Part shown: positions 17,592 through 25,927 of the stretch, one piece after another
Numbering within the stretch: position 1 is the stretch's first letter
Layout: each line of letters opens with the position of its first letter
Source: Candidatus Electrothrix yaqonensis
GTDB taxonomy: Bacteria; Desulfobacterota; Desulfobulbia; Desulfobulbales; Desulfobulbaceae
NCBI GenBank assembly: GCA_047651235.1
Contig: CP178758.1
Location: 1 to 32,000, forward strand
Reading direction: 5' to 3'
Length of the DNA: 32,000 nucleotides
Notes under the pieces: generated by a model
The model's input: the letters and a program-made list of their open reading frames with translations, nothing else
What the model was told of the DNA's origin: nothing
The model's database searches: none
Made by a program: the position numbers and the translations under genes

Positions 17592-18482
17592 TCAGGCGGT
17601 CAACCGCTGCTGCGCCTCTTCGTAACGGGCCACTGTTTTCTCCACGATTTCCGCAGGCAGTTGTGGTGGAGGCGGTTGCTTGTTCCAGTCCAAGGAGGAC
17701 AGGTAATCCCGCAGGAACTGCTTGTCAAAGCTGGGCTGCCCCTGGCCCGGTTTGTACTCATCCATAGGCCAGAAACGGGAGGAATCCGGGGTCAAAACTT
17801 CATCGATCAGGATCAGTTCGCCGTCCGCCATGCCCAACTCGAACTTGGTGTCAGCAATGATGATTCCCTTGCTGCGGGCGTACTCAGCAGCCTTTTCATA
17901 CAGCCGGACGCTGATCTCGGCCATCCTGTCAGCTGTCTCCTTGCCGATGATTTCCTCCATCTTCGCGACAGAGATGTTCTCGTCGTGCAGGCCCTGTTCC
18001 GCCTTGGTGGACGGGGTAAAGAGGGGCTGCGGGAATTGATCGGATTCCCGCATGCCTTCGGGCAGAGCAAAACCGCAGACCGTGGTGTCTTTCTGATAGG
18101 CTGACCAGAAGGAACCGGACAGGTAGCCCCGGACAATACACTCGATAGGCATCACTTTGGTGCGGCGCACCAGCATGGAGCGGCCTTCCAGCTGATCCCG
18201 GTACTGATGGCAGATTGCCGGATATTGCTCAACGTCGGCTGCAATCTGGTGATTGGGCACAATATCGGCCAGCAGATCAAACCAGAACAGGGAAATCTGC
18301 GTCAGCACCCTGCCCTTGCCGACAATGGGGTCATCCATCACTACATCATAGGCGGAAATCCGGTCCGTGGCGATCATGAGCAATTTGTCCTCATGGCCCG
18401 GAATTTCGTACATATCACGCACCTTGCCTCGATGGAGCAGGTTCAGTTCCGGTAGATCAGTCCGAATAACAGGAGTCGTCAT
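17592..18482 (-). CDS. purC: Phosphoribosylaminoimidazole-succinocarboxamide (SAICAR) synthase
   Basis: LLHRGKVRDMYEI, ATDRISAYD and IIADTKFELG are hallmark PurC blocks. Length is 296 aa. Confidence 0.92.
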   Translation of the reverse strand: MTTPVIRTDLPELNLLHRGKVRDMYEIPGHEDKLLMIATDRISAYDVVMDDPIVGKGRVLTQISLFWFDLLADIVPNHQIAADVEQYPAICHQYRDQLEGRSMLVRRTKVMPIECIVRGYLSGSFWSAYQKDTTVCGFALPEGMRESDQFPQPLFTPSTKAEQGLHDENISVAKMEEIIGKETADRMAEISVRLYEKAAEYARSKGIIIADTKFELGMADGELILIDEVLTPDSSRFWPMDEYKPGQGQPSFDKQFLRDYLSSLDWNKQPPPPQLPAEIVEKTVARYEEAQQRLTA

Positions 18483-18558
18483 TGGTATATACTCGGTGGT
18501 GGTTACAGGGGCAAGCCTGTGTGTTTGTCCGAAAATTTTGCAGGATGCCGTGCATGTC

Positions 18559-19206
18559 TTACAGACTCAGCTCTTTTTTCACCGCATCAATTACCGCATC
18601 GCTGCTGGTGGCTTCAACGCTAAGCAGCAGACCCTCTTTCTCGTAAAAGCCGATCAGGGGCGCGGTCTTCTCGTTGTAGGTGGCCAGCCGGTGGCTGATA
18701 GCCTCTTCGGTCTCATCTTCGCGCTGCACAACCTTGGCACCGCATTTATCGCAGATGCCTTCCTGTTTGGGCGGATTGGACTTCACGTTGTAGATGGCCT
18801 GGCAGTCGCTGTTTTCGCAGGTGCGGCGGGTGCAGAGGCGATCCAGAATAATGTCCTTGGGTACGTCGATGTTCACGGCCTTGTCCAGGGTGATATCCAG
18901 TTTGACAAGCAGCTCTTTCAGGGCCTCGGCCTGGGGAATGGTGCGGGGAAAACCGTCCAGCAGAAAACCGTTGGCGCAGTCGTCCTCCTGCAGGCGTTTC
19001 TCCATGATCCCCATGATTAGGGAGTCAGGCACCAGATCACCGCGTTTCATATAGCCTTCAGCTTCTTTACCGAGCTCGGTTCCGGCCTGCACAGCCCCGC
19101 GCAGGATGTCACCGGTGGAAATCTGAACAGAACCGTCAATGGCGGTCAGCAGCTTGGCGACCGTGCCTTTGCCCGCACCGGGCGCACCGAGAAGGATGAG
19201 TTTCAT
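18559..19206 (-). CDS. adk: Adenylate kinase (long form with Cys-rich lid)
   Basis: The P-loop is LLGAPGAGKGT. The lid segment has paired cysteines (CTRRTCENSDC..CDKCG). A strong AAGGAG lies 8 nt upstream of the ATG on the minus strand. Confidence 0.93.
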   Translation of the reverse strand: MKLILLGAPGAGKGTVAKLLTAIDGSVQISTGDILRGAVQAGTELGKEAEGYMKRGDLVPDSLIMGIMEKRLQEDDCANGFLLDGFPRTIPQAEALKELLVKLDITLDKAVNIDVPKDIILDRLCTRRTCENSDCQAIYNVKSNPPKQEGICDKCGAKVVQREDETEEAISHRLATYNEKTAPLIGFYEKEGLLLSVEATSSDAVIDAVKKELSL

Positions 19207-19327
19207 TGTACTTACTCCTTATGCAATATTTTTTAATGAGGTATAAAATCGAACGGCATTACACGGGAAAAAACGGATAACATACACCATATTTGTATTT
19301 GATGGTAGGGCAAAAAGGACGGGCAGG

Positions 19328-19672
19328 ATGAAAAACACCGTTCACTGCTCGACCGTCCGTGAGGTGGAAGCCGATGACGGTGTGCTGATATTCGACGACA
19401 CTGTTCAGGAAAAGCCGTGGAAGGACGAAAATGATCTGATTACGGCATTACGACCATTGCAGAGGACACATCACATCGAATGGTCCGAGCAGGGAACCAT
19501 CACCGGGTGGCTGAACGGACTGAAGTTTCCTGTTCGCCTCGTCACAGAAGCAGAGACAGTTATGCACCGGATATACTGCCCATCGGAACAAAATGAGTCT
19601 TTTCTCCCGGCGTTAAAACGCCGGAACCCGAAGCCGGAAAACCTGATTTATTCCAGTGGCAAGTATAGCTAA
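19328..19672 (+). pseudogene. Internally deleted remnant of an IS4/IS701-like DDE transposase
   Basis: DDGVLIFDDTVQEKPWKDENDLI matches, from memory, the first-Asp block of this transposase family (..VLIFDDT..EK.. DENE..). A later fragment, LNGLKFPVRLV, resembles a block normally several hundred residues downstream. The ORF has only 114 codons and I saw no flanking terminal inverted repeats. Confidence 0.45.
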
Positions 19673-19699
19673 GAAAACCGCACTTTTAACGCACCTGAT

Positions 19700-20029
19700 T
19701 CAGATAGAGCACATTGAAGCATCACATTTTTTCGATTCAGCTGCGTCAGCTGTCTTCGGTAAAACCACGTCACATATCTTCTGATGGTGCACAGAATAGA
19801 CAATAGCTACAAAAAAACCTTTTTCTTTTTTGGGCAGCAGATGAATCTGCATGTCTTCCTTTATCCGGCCCTCAGCATCGATATCCGCTTCTGCAAGCTG
19901 TTCAGCTCCTGCCTGAAATGCCTTTTCCGGGGTAGTGCCGTATACCTTGAGGCACATATTTCCGGCATACACTGAACTTACAGAGAGAACCGGGAGAGAG
20001 AGGAGTATTGTGAAGATGAATTTCCGCAT
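19700..20029 (-). CDS. Small secreted hypothetical protein (109 aa) with a C-terminal Cys cluster
   Basis: I chose the start MRKFIFTILLSLPVLSVSSVYAG (signal-peptide-like), which has AGGAGG 9 nt upstream. Cysteines lie at ..NMCLK.., ..QKICD.. and ..KKCDASMCSI. I recognise no family. Confidence 0.55.
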   Translation of the reverse strand: MRKFIFTILLSLPVLSVSSVYAGNMCLKVYGTTPEKAFQAGAEQLAEADIDAEGRIKEDMQIHLLPKKEKGFFVAIVYSVHHQKICDVVLPKTADAAESKKCDASMCSI

Positions 20030-20331
20030 GAGTGTGATCCTCCTGTAGGATAATTGCAAAGTTGGAACTATATTTTTTATATCGATGATAGACAGCAATA
20101 AGCGCTCCGATGTGATTGAATATCAATACCCCTGATACTCTCAATAAAAATCATTGTTGAGCTATTGTCAATTTTTTTTTGCTTTTTTGACCGGATGACC
20201 TGTATTTTTTTTGTATAAAATTTATCCATATTAAGATGTTGCAATTATTTTTCCGGCATTTTCGATCTGACCGAAAAGGATATCTGTGGTATACGGATTA
20301 GCAGCCTCTGACTTACCTGTTTACGTTTTTG

Positions 20332-20364
20332 AATAATCGGACAGCAGTCTCCTGTCCGATTATT
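20332..20364 (+). terminator. Perfect 13-bp stem-loop with a U-rich tail, in the leader of the CYTH/CHAD gene (intrinsic terminator or attenuator-like)
   Basis: AATAATCGGACAG (20332-20344) pairs perfectly with CTGTCCGATTATT (20352-20364) across the 7-nt loop CAGTCTC. TCTTGCTT follows, with TTTTTTCTTTT nearby. The minus-strand tail is A-rich, so plus-strand function is more likely. Confidence 0.5.
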
Positions 20365-20479
20365 TCTTGCTTCACCGGCCTTTTTTCTTTTATACTGAAA
20401 GCTGTTTTTTCAGGCTCATCCGACAACAGCGTTATTCTCTTTCATCTCCACGAAATCTACAAAGTACTATTTATCCTCT

Positions 20480-22033
20480 ATGAAACTTCCTGCCCAACTC
20501 GCCCGAAAACTGGCCGATGCATCTGCTCTCCGGGAGATAGCGGACAAGCTCGGTAAAAAATATTCTCTTAAGGAACAGCTCTCGAAAACTGAGGCTGTCT
20601 CGTTTTTTGACAGCTTTGACTGGCGTCTGTATGCAGGCGGTCTCCTCTGTTTTCTCCGCAACGATATGCTGCATCTGACAGATTATGCCGACCGGGAGGT
20701 CACCGCGCCGATCCCCATGCAGGGACAACCGCCGGGCTTCCCGCACCAGCTGCCGGAGTCCGAGCTGAGACAGAAACTGACCGGTCTTCTGGAGATGCGC
20801 ACCCTGCTCCGGCAGGGCGGTTTTTCCAGAACAGTGACCGAGCTGCGTGTGCTGAACAAGGACGAAAAGACCGTTGCTGTGCTTGTTCTGACTGAATTTT
20901 CTCCGGAAAACGGTGAATCGGTCTTTTCCGTACAGCTGTACGAGGTTCGCGGCTATCAGAAGTGGTTTCTCAAGCTCAGTCGTGATCTGGAAAAATTCGG
21001 CACGCCGCAGCCCTGCACAAACAGGCACCTCCTGAAAATCGTACTGGCGGCTACTGGCCGCGTCCCGCAGGATTACAGCTCCAAATTTTCCGTTCCCTTG
21101 GAACCGGATATGGACGGCCGGACAGCAGCAAAAATTATTTACCGGCACCTACTGCAGACCATGCAGCAGAATGAACAGGGGATCATTGATGATCTGGACA
21201 GCGAATTTCTTCACGATTTCCGCGTGGCGATCCGCCGGACCCGGTCCGGGCTGGATATGATTCAAAATGTGCTGGAACCGGAGATCAGCAGACGGTTTAA
21301 AAAAGAATTCCGCTATCTCGGTCAGATCACCGGACCGGTGCGTGACCTGGACGTCTATCTGCTCATGGAGGAGGATTACAGGGCCAGACTGCCAGAGCAT
21401 CTGCAGAAGGGGCTTGGCTATTTTTTCTCGCAACTGGCCGAACAACGGAGCAAAGAGCAAAAAAAATTGGTCCGGGCCCTGTCCTCCTCACGCTACCGGA
21501 CCATTCTGCGCGACTGGCAGGATTATCTGAAACAGAAGGACACGGCAAAAAACGGAAAACAGAAAAACGGCTCAACGCTGCCTGCCATCGGCACTATCGC
21601 AGACAGGATTATCCGGAAGCGTTTTGAGCGGGTACTGAGTGATGGTCGGGCAATCGGGCCTGATTCACCGGATGCAAAACTGCATAAGTTGAGAATTCAG
21701 GGAAAGAAGCTCCGTTACGGCCTGGAGTTCTTCAGCTCGCTGTATCCGAAAAAGGAGATGAAGCAGCTGATCAGACAGCTCAAAACCCTGCAGAATAATT
21801 TGGGCCTGTTCAACGATCTGTCTGTCCAGCAGGACATGCTCAACAGCTACCTTGCCGGGCTTAAGCCGGGTTCAGGCAAGGCAAAAGAAATGAGCGCTGC
21901 CATCGGCGGCCTGCTCACCAATCTCCATCATGAGCAGCAGCAGGTGCGCGCCGAATTCGAGGCCGTTTTCAGGGAATTTTCCGCACAGGAGAATATCTCG
22001 CTGTATCGGCAGCTTTTTTATTCCGGAAAATAG
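20480..22033 (+). CDS. CYTH-like / CHAD domain protein (polyphosphate-granule-associated type)
   Basis: The C-terminal two-thirds has CHAD hallmarks: FLHDFRVAIRRTRSGL, VRDLDV and LHKLRIQGKKLRYGLEFF. The N-terminal ~190 aa has the CYTH-like block FFDSFDWRL.., but I could not find a canonical ExExK motif. Confidence 0.8.
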   Translation: MKLPAQLARKLADASALREIADKLGKKYSLKEQLSKTEAVSFFDSFDWRLYAGGLLCFLRNDMLHLTDYADREVTAPIPMQGQPPGFPHQLPESELRQKLTGLLEMRTLLRQGGFSRTVTELRVLNKDEKTVAVLVLTEFSPENGESVFSVQLYEVRGYQKWFLKLSRDLEKFGTPQPCTNRHLLKIVLAATGRVPQDYSSKFSVPLEPDMDGRTAAKIIYRHLLQTMQQNEQGIIDDLDSEFLHDFRVAIRRTRSGLDMIQNVLEPEISRRFKKEFRYLGQITGPVRDLDVYLLMEEDYRARLPEHLQKGLGYFFSQLAEQRSKEQKKLVRALSSSRYRTILRDWQDYLKQKDTAKNGKQKNGSTLPAIGTIADRIIRKRFERVLSDGRAIGPDSPDAKLHKLRIQGKKLRYGLEFFSSLYPKKEMKQLIRQLKTLQNNLGLFNDLSVQQDMLNSYLAGLKPGSGKAKEMSAAIGGLLTNLHHEQQQVRAEFEAVFREFSAQENISLYRQLFYSGK

Positions 22034-22079
22034 AAAATCACCGGCAATCTCCCCTTTCTCCAGCCTCCGAGGAATTTTC

Positions 22080-22811
22080 ATGGCCATTATTGCAGTCTAT
22101 AATATAAAGGGCGGCGTCGGCAAAACCGCCACTTCTGTTAATCTCTCCTATATGTCGGCAGCAACCGGCAATAGTACCCTGTTATGCGACCTTGATCCCC
22201 AAGGGTCGGCAAGCTATTATTTTCGGGTAAAACCGAAGAAAAAGTTTACTGCTGACCGCCTTCTGCACGGGAAAGATGTTCTGGAACGCAGCATCCGGGG
22301 AACGGATTACGAACAGCTGGATATCCTACCAGCCGACTTCTCCTACCGTCATCTGGATATCACCCTCAACCGGATGAAAAAATCAACAAAGCGGCTGGAC
22401 AAGGTGCTTGCGCCGATGACCGCTGAGTACAGGCACGTGTTTCTTGACTGCCCGCCCAATATCACCCTGCTTTCAGAAAATATTTTTTATGCTGCCGATG
22501 TCATCCTGATTCCCTTTATCCCCACCACCCTTTCTCAACTTTCTTTTTCCAAGCTGCTGGATTTTTTCAAGGAAAGCGGTATTGACCGGAAAAAGCTGCT
22601 TGTGGTGTTTTCTATGGTGGAAAAGAAGAAAAACATTCATCAGGACATACTCTCCCGTTTCAGCGGGAAAAAGGGCATCCTGAAGACGTATATTCCGTAT
22701 GTCACGGATATCGAACAGATGGGCCTGTTCCGCCAGCCGGTGCCTGTTTATGATGCAAAGGCCGGGCAGGTCTATGCCAAGCTGTGGCGCGAAGTTGAGC
22801 AGCATCTGTAA
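22080..22811 (+). CDS. Orphan ParA/MinD-family P-loop ATPase (243 aa)
   Basis: The deviant Walker A is NIKGGVGKTAT, followed by CDLDPQGS and Walker B-like VFLDCPP. I chose the start at MAIIAVYN; the ORF is open from 21930. It lies 46 bp after the CHAD gene. No ParB-like gene is adjacent. Confidence 0.85.
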   Translation: MAIIAVYNIKGGVGKTATSVNLSYMSAATGNSTLLCDLDPQGSASYYFRVKPKKKFTADRLLHGKDVLERSIRGTDYEQLDILPADFSYRHLDITLNRMKKSTKRLDKVLAPMTAEYRHVFLDCPPNITLLSENIFYAADVILIPFIPTTLSQLSFSKLLDFFKESGIDRKKLLVVFSMVEKKKNIHQDILSRFSGKKGILKTYIPYVTDIEQMGLFRQPVPVYDAKAGQVYAKLWREVEQHL

Positions 22812-22833
22812 CCTGTACTGAACTGGAAGAGAT

Positions 22834-23355
22834 ATGGAGCTTCTGCTGCATTGCGCTTCTCTGGATACTCCTGTCGGCGCTCTCCAGCTCTTTGCCGATG
22901 GTCAGGCCTTGTACCGTATCAGTTTCCCGCACAGCAGCAACCGGACAGCCCTCCCTTGCGCCGTTCCTGCAGAGAAAAATCATCCGCTGCTCAACAGGGC
23001 ACAAGCACAGCTCACCGAATACTTCGCAGGCAGCAGAAAGCAGTTTGATCTGCCGTTCTGCCCGCAGGGCACGATCTTTCAACAGGCGGTGTGGAAATAT
23101 ATGCGGACAATTCCTTATGGGAAAACCAAGACCTACGGCCAAGTCGCTGCTGCCCTCGGTAACCGCAACAAGGCAAGGGCGGTGGGCGGGGCTGCCAACA
23201 AAAATCCCCTGCCCCTCGTGATTCCCTGTCACCGGGTGATCGGCAGTTCCGGCAGGCTGACCGGCTTTGCGGGCGGTCTGGAAATTAAGCGGTTTCTGCT
23301 GGAGTTGGAAAGATGCAGGACAGCAGAACATTCATCCTCATCCGGATGCGTCTGA
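22834..23355 (+). CDS. ogt: Methylated-DNA--protein-cysteine methyltransferase
   Basis: The active site is IPCHRVIG. YGQVAAALG..ARAVGGA..NP precedes it. Length is 173 aa. Confidence 0.9.
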   Translation: MELLLHCASLDTPVGALQLFADGQALYRISFPHSSNRTALPCAVPAEKNHPLLNRAQAQLTEYFAGSRKQFDLPFCPQGTIFQQAVWKYMRTIPYGKTKTYGQVAAALGNRNKARAVGGAANKNPLPLVIPCHRVIGSSGRLTGFAGGLEIKRFLLELERCRTAEHSSSSGCV

Positions 23356-23368
23356 ATAGCCGGAAAAA

Positions 23369-24703
23369 TTATGCAGCTTTTCTGATTCGTTTTCTGACCC
23401 GCCCGGCCAGCAGGCGGACCTGGTGTAGGGCTTTGTCAAGATCAAAACTGCGTATGCTGCGGTCCTGCATGACCAGTTTTCCGTCAATCAGCACCGTCTG
23501 CACGTCTGCCCCCTGAGCAGCATACACCAGCAGGTCAAGGCCGTGCATGGGTCGGAGACGGGGGGAGTCAAGATCGATCAGGATGATATCCGCCTTTTTT
23601 CCTGCCTCCAGCACCCCTGTGTCCCGCTCCGAGCCGAGTACTGCGGCACCGCCGGATGTTGCCATTCTGAGGATATCAGAGGCCGGGACAGCCACCGGAT
23701 CAAGGCTGTGCAGCTTCTGCAGCTTGGCGCAGATATCCATTTCCCGGAACAGGTCCAGGCTGTTGTTGCTGGCCGCACCGTCCGTACCGATTCCCACCCT
23801 GATATTTCTGTCCAGCATGGCGCGCAGTGGTGCAGTACCTGAAGCCAGCTTGAGATTGCTTTGCGGGCAGACAACAACCGCTGCACCGGTCTCGGCCAGG
23901 ATATCCAGATCTTCTTCATCAGCCCAGACAGAATGAACACACACGGTTGAGGCATCAAGGAGTTCCAGGGCACGGAGATGGCGGATCGGCGAGCCCCCCT
24001 GCATGTCCGGAATCATTCCGGCTTCCTGCCGGGTTTCTGCTGTATGGATGAACAGAAGAACATCTTCAGCGCGTGCAAGTTCCTTTGCCGCCAGCAGGGT
24101 ATCCGGGCAGCAGGTGTACGGGGAATGAGCAAAAACTGCCGGACTGATCAGGGGATGCTGTTTCCAGCGGTCAAGGAAGGTTGCGGCAGTATCATCTATC
24201 TTCTTGGAGGGATCAGGCACGCCCGGTGCGGGAAAGTCGATAATTCCCTGGGCTGGTGCTGCCCGCATTCCAGCATCGGCAAAGGCACGGGCCGCTTCGT
24301 TCTCGTGAAAATAGCCGTCCGCAACCGTGGTTGTGCCGGAGAGGATCATTTCCGCAGCAGCCAGTTTGGTGCACCAGTAGACCATCTCCGGGGCAACGTA
24401 TTTCGCTTCGGCAGGAAAAATATGGTTGTTGAGCCAGTTATCCAGCCGGAGGTCGTCAGCCAGCCCCCTGAACAGGGTCATGGCCCCATGACAATGGCAG
24501 TTGATCAGACCGGATATGGCCAGCTGCCCGTGCCCGTTTATGACCGTTTTCGCCTCTTTTGTCTCAATTCCGCTGAATTCGGCTGCCGGGCCGATCCGGG
24601 AAATCAGATTGCCCTGCACGGCAATACAGCAGTCTCTGCTGAGCGGCTGGTCTTTGGAGGTGCCGGGCAGACAGATATCGGTAATCAGGATATCCGGTTT
24701 CAT
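23369..24703 (-). CDS. mtaD: Amidohydrolase, 5-methylthioadenosine/S-adenosylhomocysteine deaminase type
   Basis: The metal-binding GLINCHCHGAMTLFRGLADD, ..HTAET.. and ..GTDGAASNNSLD.. blocks are typical of the MtaD/TM0936-like deaminase group. Confidence 0.8.
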   Translation of the reverse strand: MKPDILITDICLPGTSKDQPLSRDCCIAVQGNLISRIGPAAEFSGIETKEAKTVINGHGQLAISGLINCHCHGAMTLFRGLADDLRLDNWLNNHIFPAEAKYVAPEMVYWCTKLAAAEMILSGTTTVADGYFHENEAARAFADAGMRAAPAQGIIDFPAPGVPDPSKKIDDTAATFLDRWKQHPLISPAVFAHSPYTCCPDTLLAAKELARAEDVLLFIHTAETRQEAGMIPDMQGGSPIRHLRALELLDASTVCVHSVWADEEDLDILAETGAAVVVCPQSNLKLASGTAPLRAMLDRNIRVGIGTDGAASNNSLDLFREMDICAKLQKLHSLDPVAVPASDILRMATSGGAAVLGSERDTGVLEAGKKADIILIDLDSPRLRPMHGLDLLVYAAQGADVQTVLIDGKLVMQDRSIRSFDLDKALHQVRLLAGRVRKRIRKAA

Positions 24704-24735
24704 GGAAAACGCAGGTGTCTCAAGTACTGTCTCCG

Positions 24736-25848
24736 TCAGAAGCCTTTGCGAATCGTGATTTTCACCCGGCGATTGAGGCGCCGCCCGGCAGCGGTCTTGT
24801 TGGAGGCAACCGGATGGGCATAGCCGTACCAGTAAAGGAGGATGCGTTCTCTGGAGATTCTCGGAAATCTTTTCAGCAGGTAGCGTTGCGCGCTTTCCGC
24901 CCGGCGCCTGGAAAGCCCTATATTATAGTGTTCCGTGCCGATACTGTCGCAGAAACCGGAGAGCACGGCATAATGATCAGGATGCTCAAGCAGGTAGTTG
25001 CCCAGTCTGTCCAGAATTCCCCGATACTTCCTCCTGACAGCAGATTTATCAAAGGCGAACAGGACATTGTCAAAAAGTCCGTCCGGCGTCATGTACAGCT
25101 TGCCGAACAGATGTTCCGGATGAGCTGCGACTGTATCAAAATCAACAACCTGGGAGCAGTCATTCACCATTGCAATATCATGGAGCACCTGTTCCGCCTC
25201 TTTGGTGGCGGCACTGCTGATAATGGTGAAACAGACATCGTATTTCTCCGCCAGCATCCGGGCCTGGGCTACCGGTTCAGGCTCATCGACTCCCGGAAAA
25301 CGGGCATCTTCACCGTTGGAAAAAAGAAAGATTTCTGTGCGACCGGGCAGGCCCAGCATATGCTCCATTTTCATCAGGGACATCTGCAGCATGGGTGGAC
25401 CTGAGCTGATCACGGGCAGCTCGGCAAGCGCTTTAGCGAATTTTCCCTGATCATAGTTCTGCAGCGCATAATAGGGATGAAAGCTCCCATGTGAACCGGG
25501 CAGCCACATCACGTTTTTCCAGTGCGGATACAGGCCGGTCTGCCATTTCAGATCAGGCAGGGTGGCATTGCTTTTCAGCAGAATCTGCTTTGACATCTCC
25601 AGCCTGGTCATACCGGTGTCTTTATACGGAACCGTCATGGCAGTGGACGGATCGTAAAAGACAAAAAAGTTGTCTGCCATCCGGATATATTTCGGCGGGG
25701 CTTCCGCAGATTGTGTCTTCCGGGGAAGCGGAGTCAGGCGCGGTTTGCCGGGTTTCTTTTTACCTCCGGCGGTTGCCGCAGCAGGAAGAAACGACAGTGT
25801 GACCAGAAGAAGCAGGAGAGCAGGCAGGTACGGAGTTCTGGAGATCAT
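24736..25848 (-). CDS. OmpA-family peptidoglycan-binding protein with an unassigned N-terminal/central domain
   Basis: It has a signal peptide (PALLLLLVTLSFLPAAATA). The C-terminal OmpA-like module is GFCDSIGTEHYNIGLSRRRAESAQRYLL..NRRVKITI. The central ~220 aa are unassigned. Confidence 0.8.
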   Translation of the reverse strand: MISRTPYLPALLLLLVTLSFLPAAATAGGKKKPGKPRLTPLPRKTQSAEAPPKYIRMADNFFVFYDPSTAMTVPYKDTGMTRLEMSKQILLKSNATLPDLKWQTGLYPHWKNVMWLPGSHGSFHPYYALQNYDQGKFAKALAELPVISSGPPMLQMSLMKMEHMLGLPGRTEIFLFSNGEDARFPGVDEPEPVAQARMLAEKYDVCFTIISSAATKEAEQVLHDIAMVNDCSQVVDFDTVAAHPEHLFGKLYMTPDGLFDNVLFAFDKSAVRRKYRGILDRLGNYLLEHPDHYAVLSGFCDSIGTEHYNIGLSRRRAESAQRYLLKRFPRISRERILLYWYGYAHPVASNKTAAGRRLNRRVKITIRKGF

Positions 25849-25927
25849 GAATGTATTCTTCAGTTGTTGCGGATTATTATGCTTTTTTATACGGCAGAAG
25901 ACAGCAGTGCCGAAGAAAAAAACGGAT

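Noticed and set aside
20200-20216. CTGTAT..TTGTAT with 11-bp spacing, considered as a Pho box in front of the polyphosphate-related CHAD gene.
   Set aside because: Only about 8 of 14 positions match my recollection of the CTGTCAT-N4-CTGTCAT consensus. The second half-site overlaps the only -10-like TATAAA instead of replacing a -35. This is too weak to call.
23978-25404. Long plus-strand ORFs (281 aa and 229 aa) overlapping mtaD and the OmpA-family gene.
   Set aside because: The minus-strand frames carry clear family motifs. These are antisense shadow ORFs. The same reasoning applies to 2502-3344, 4667-5452, 6477-7202, 8418-9086, 12274-12909, 14272-14976, 16105-16662, 18367-19020, 20471-21148, 22702-23331, 26135-26734 and 28085-28753.
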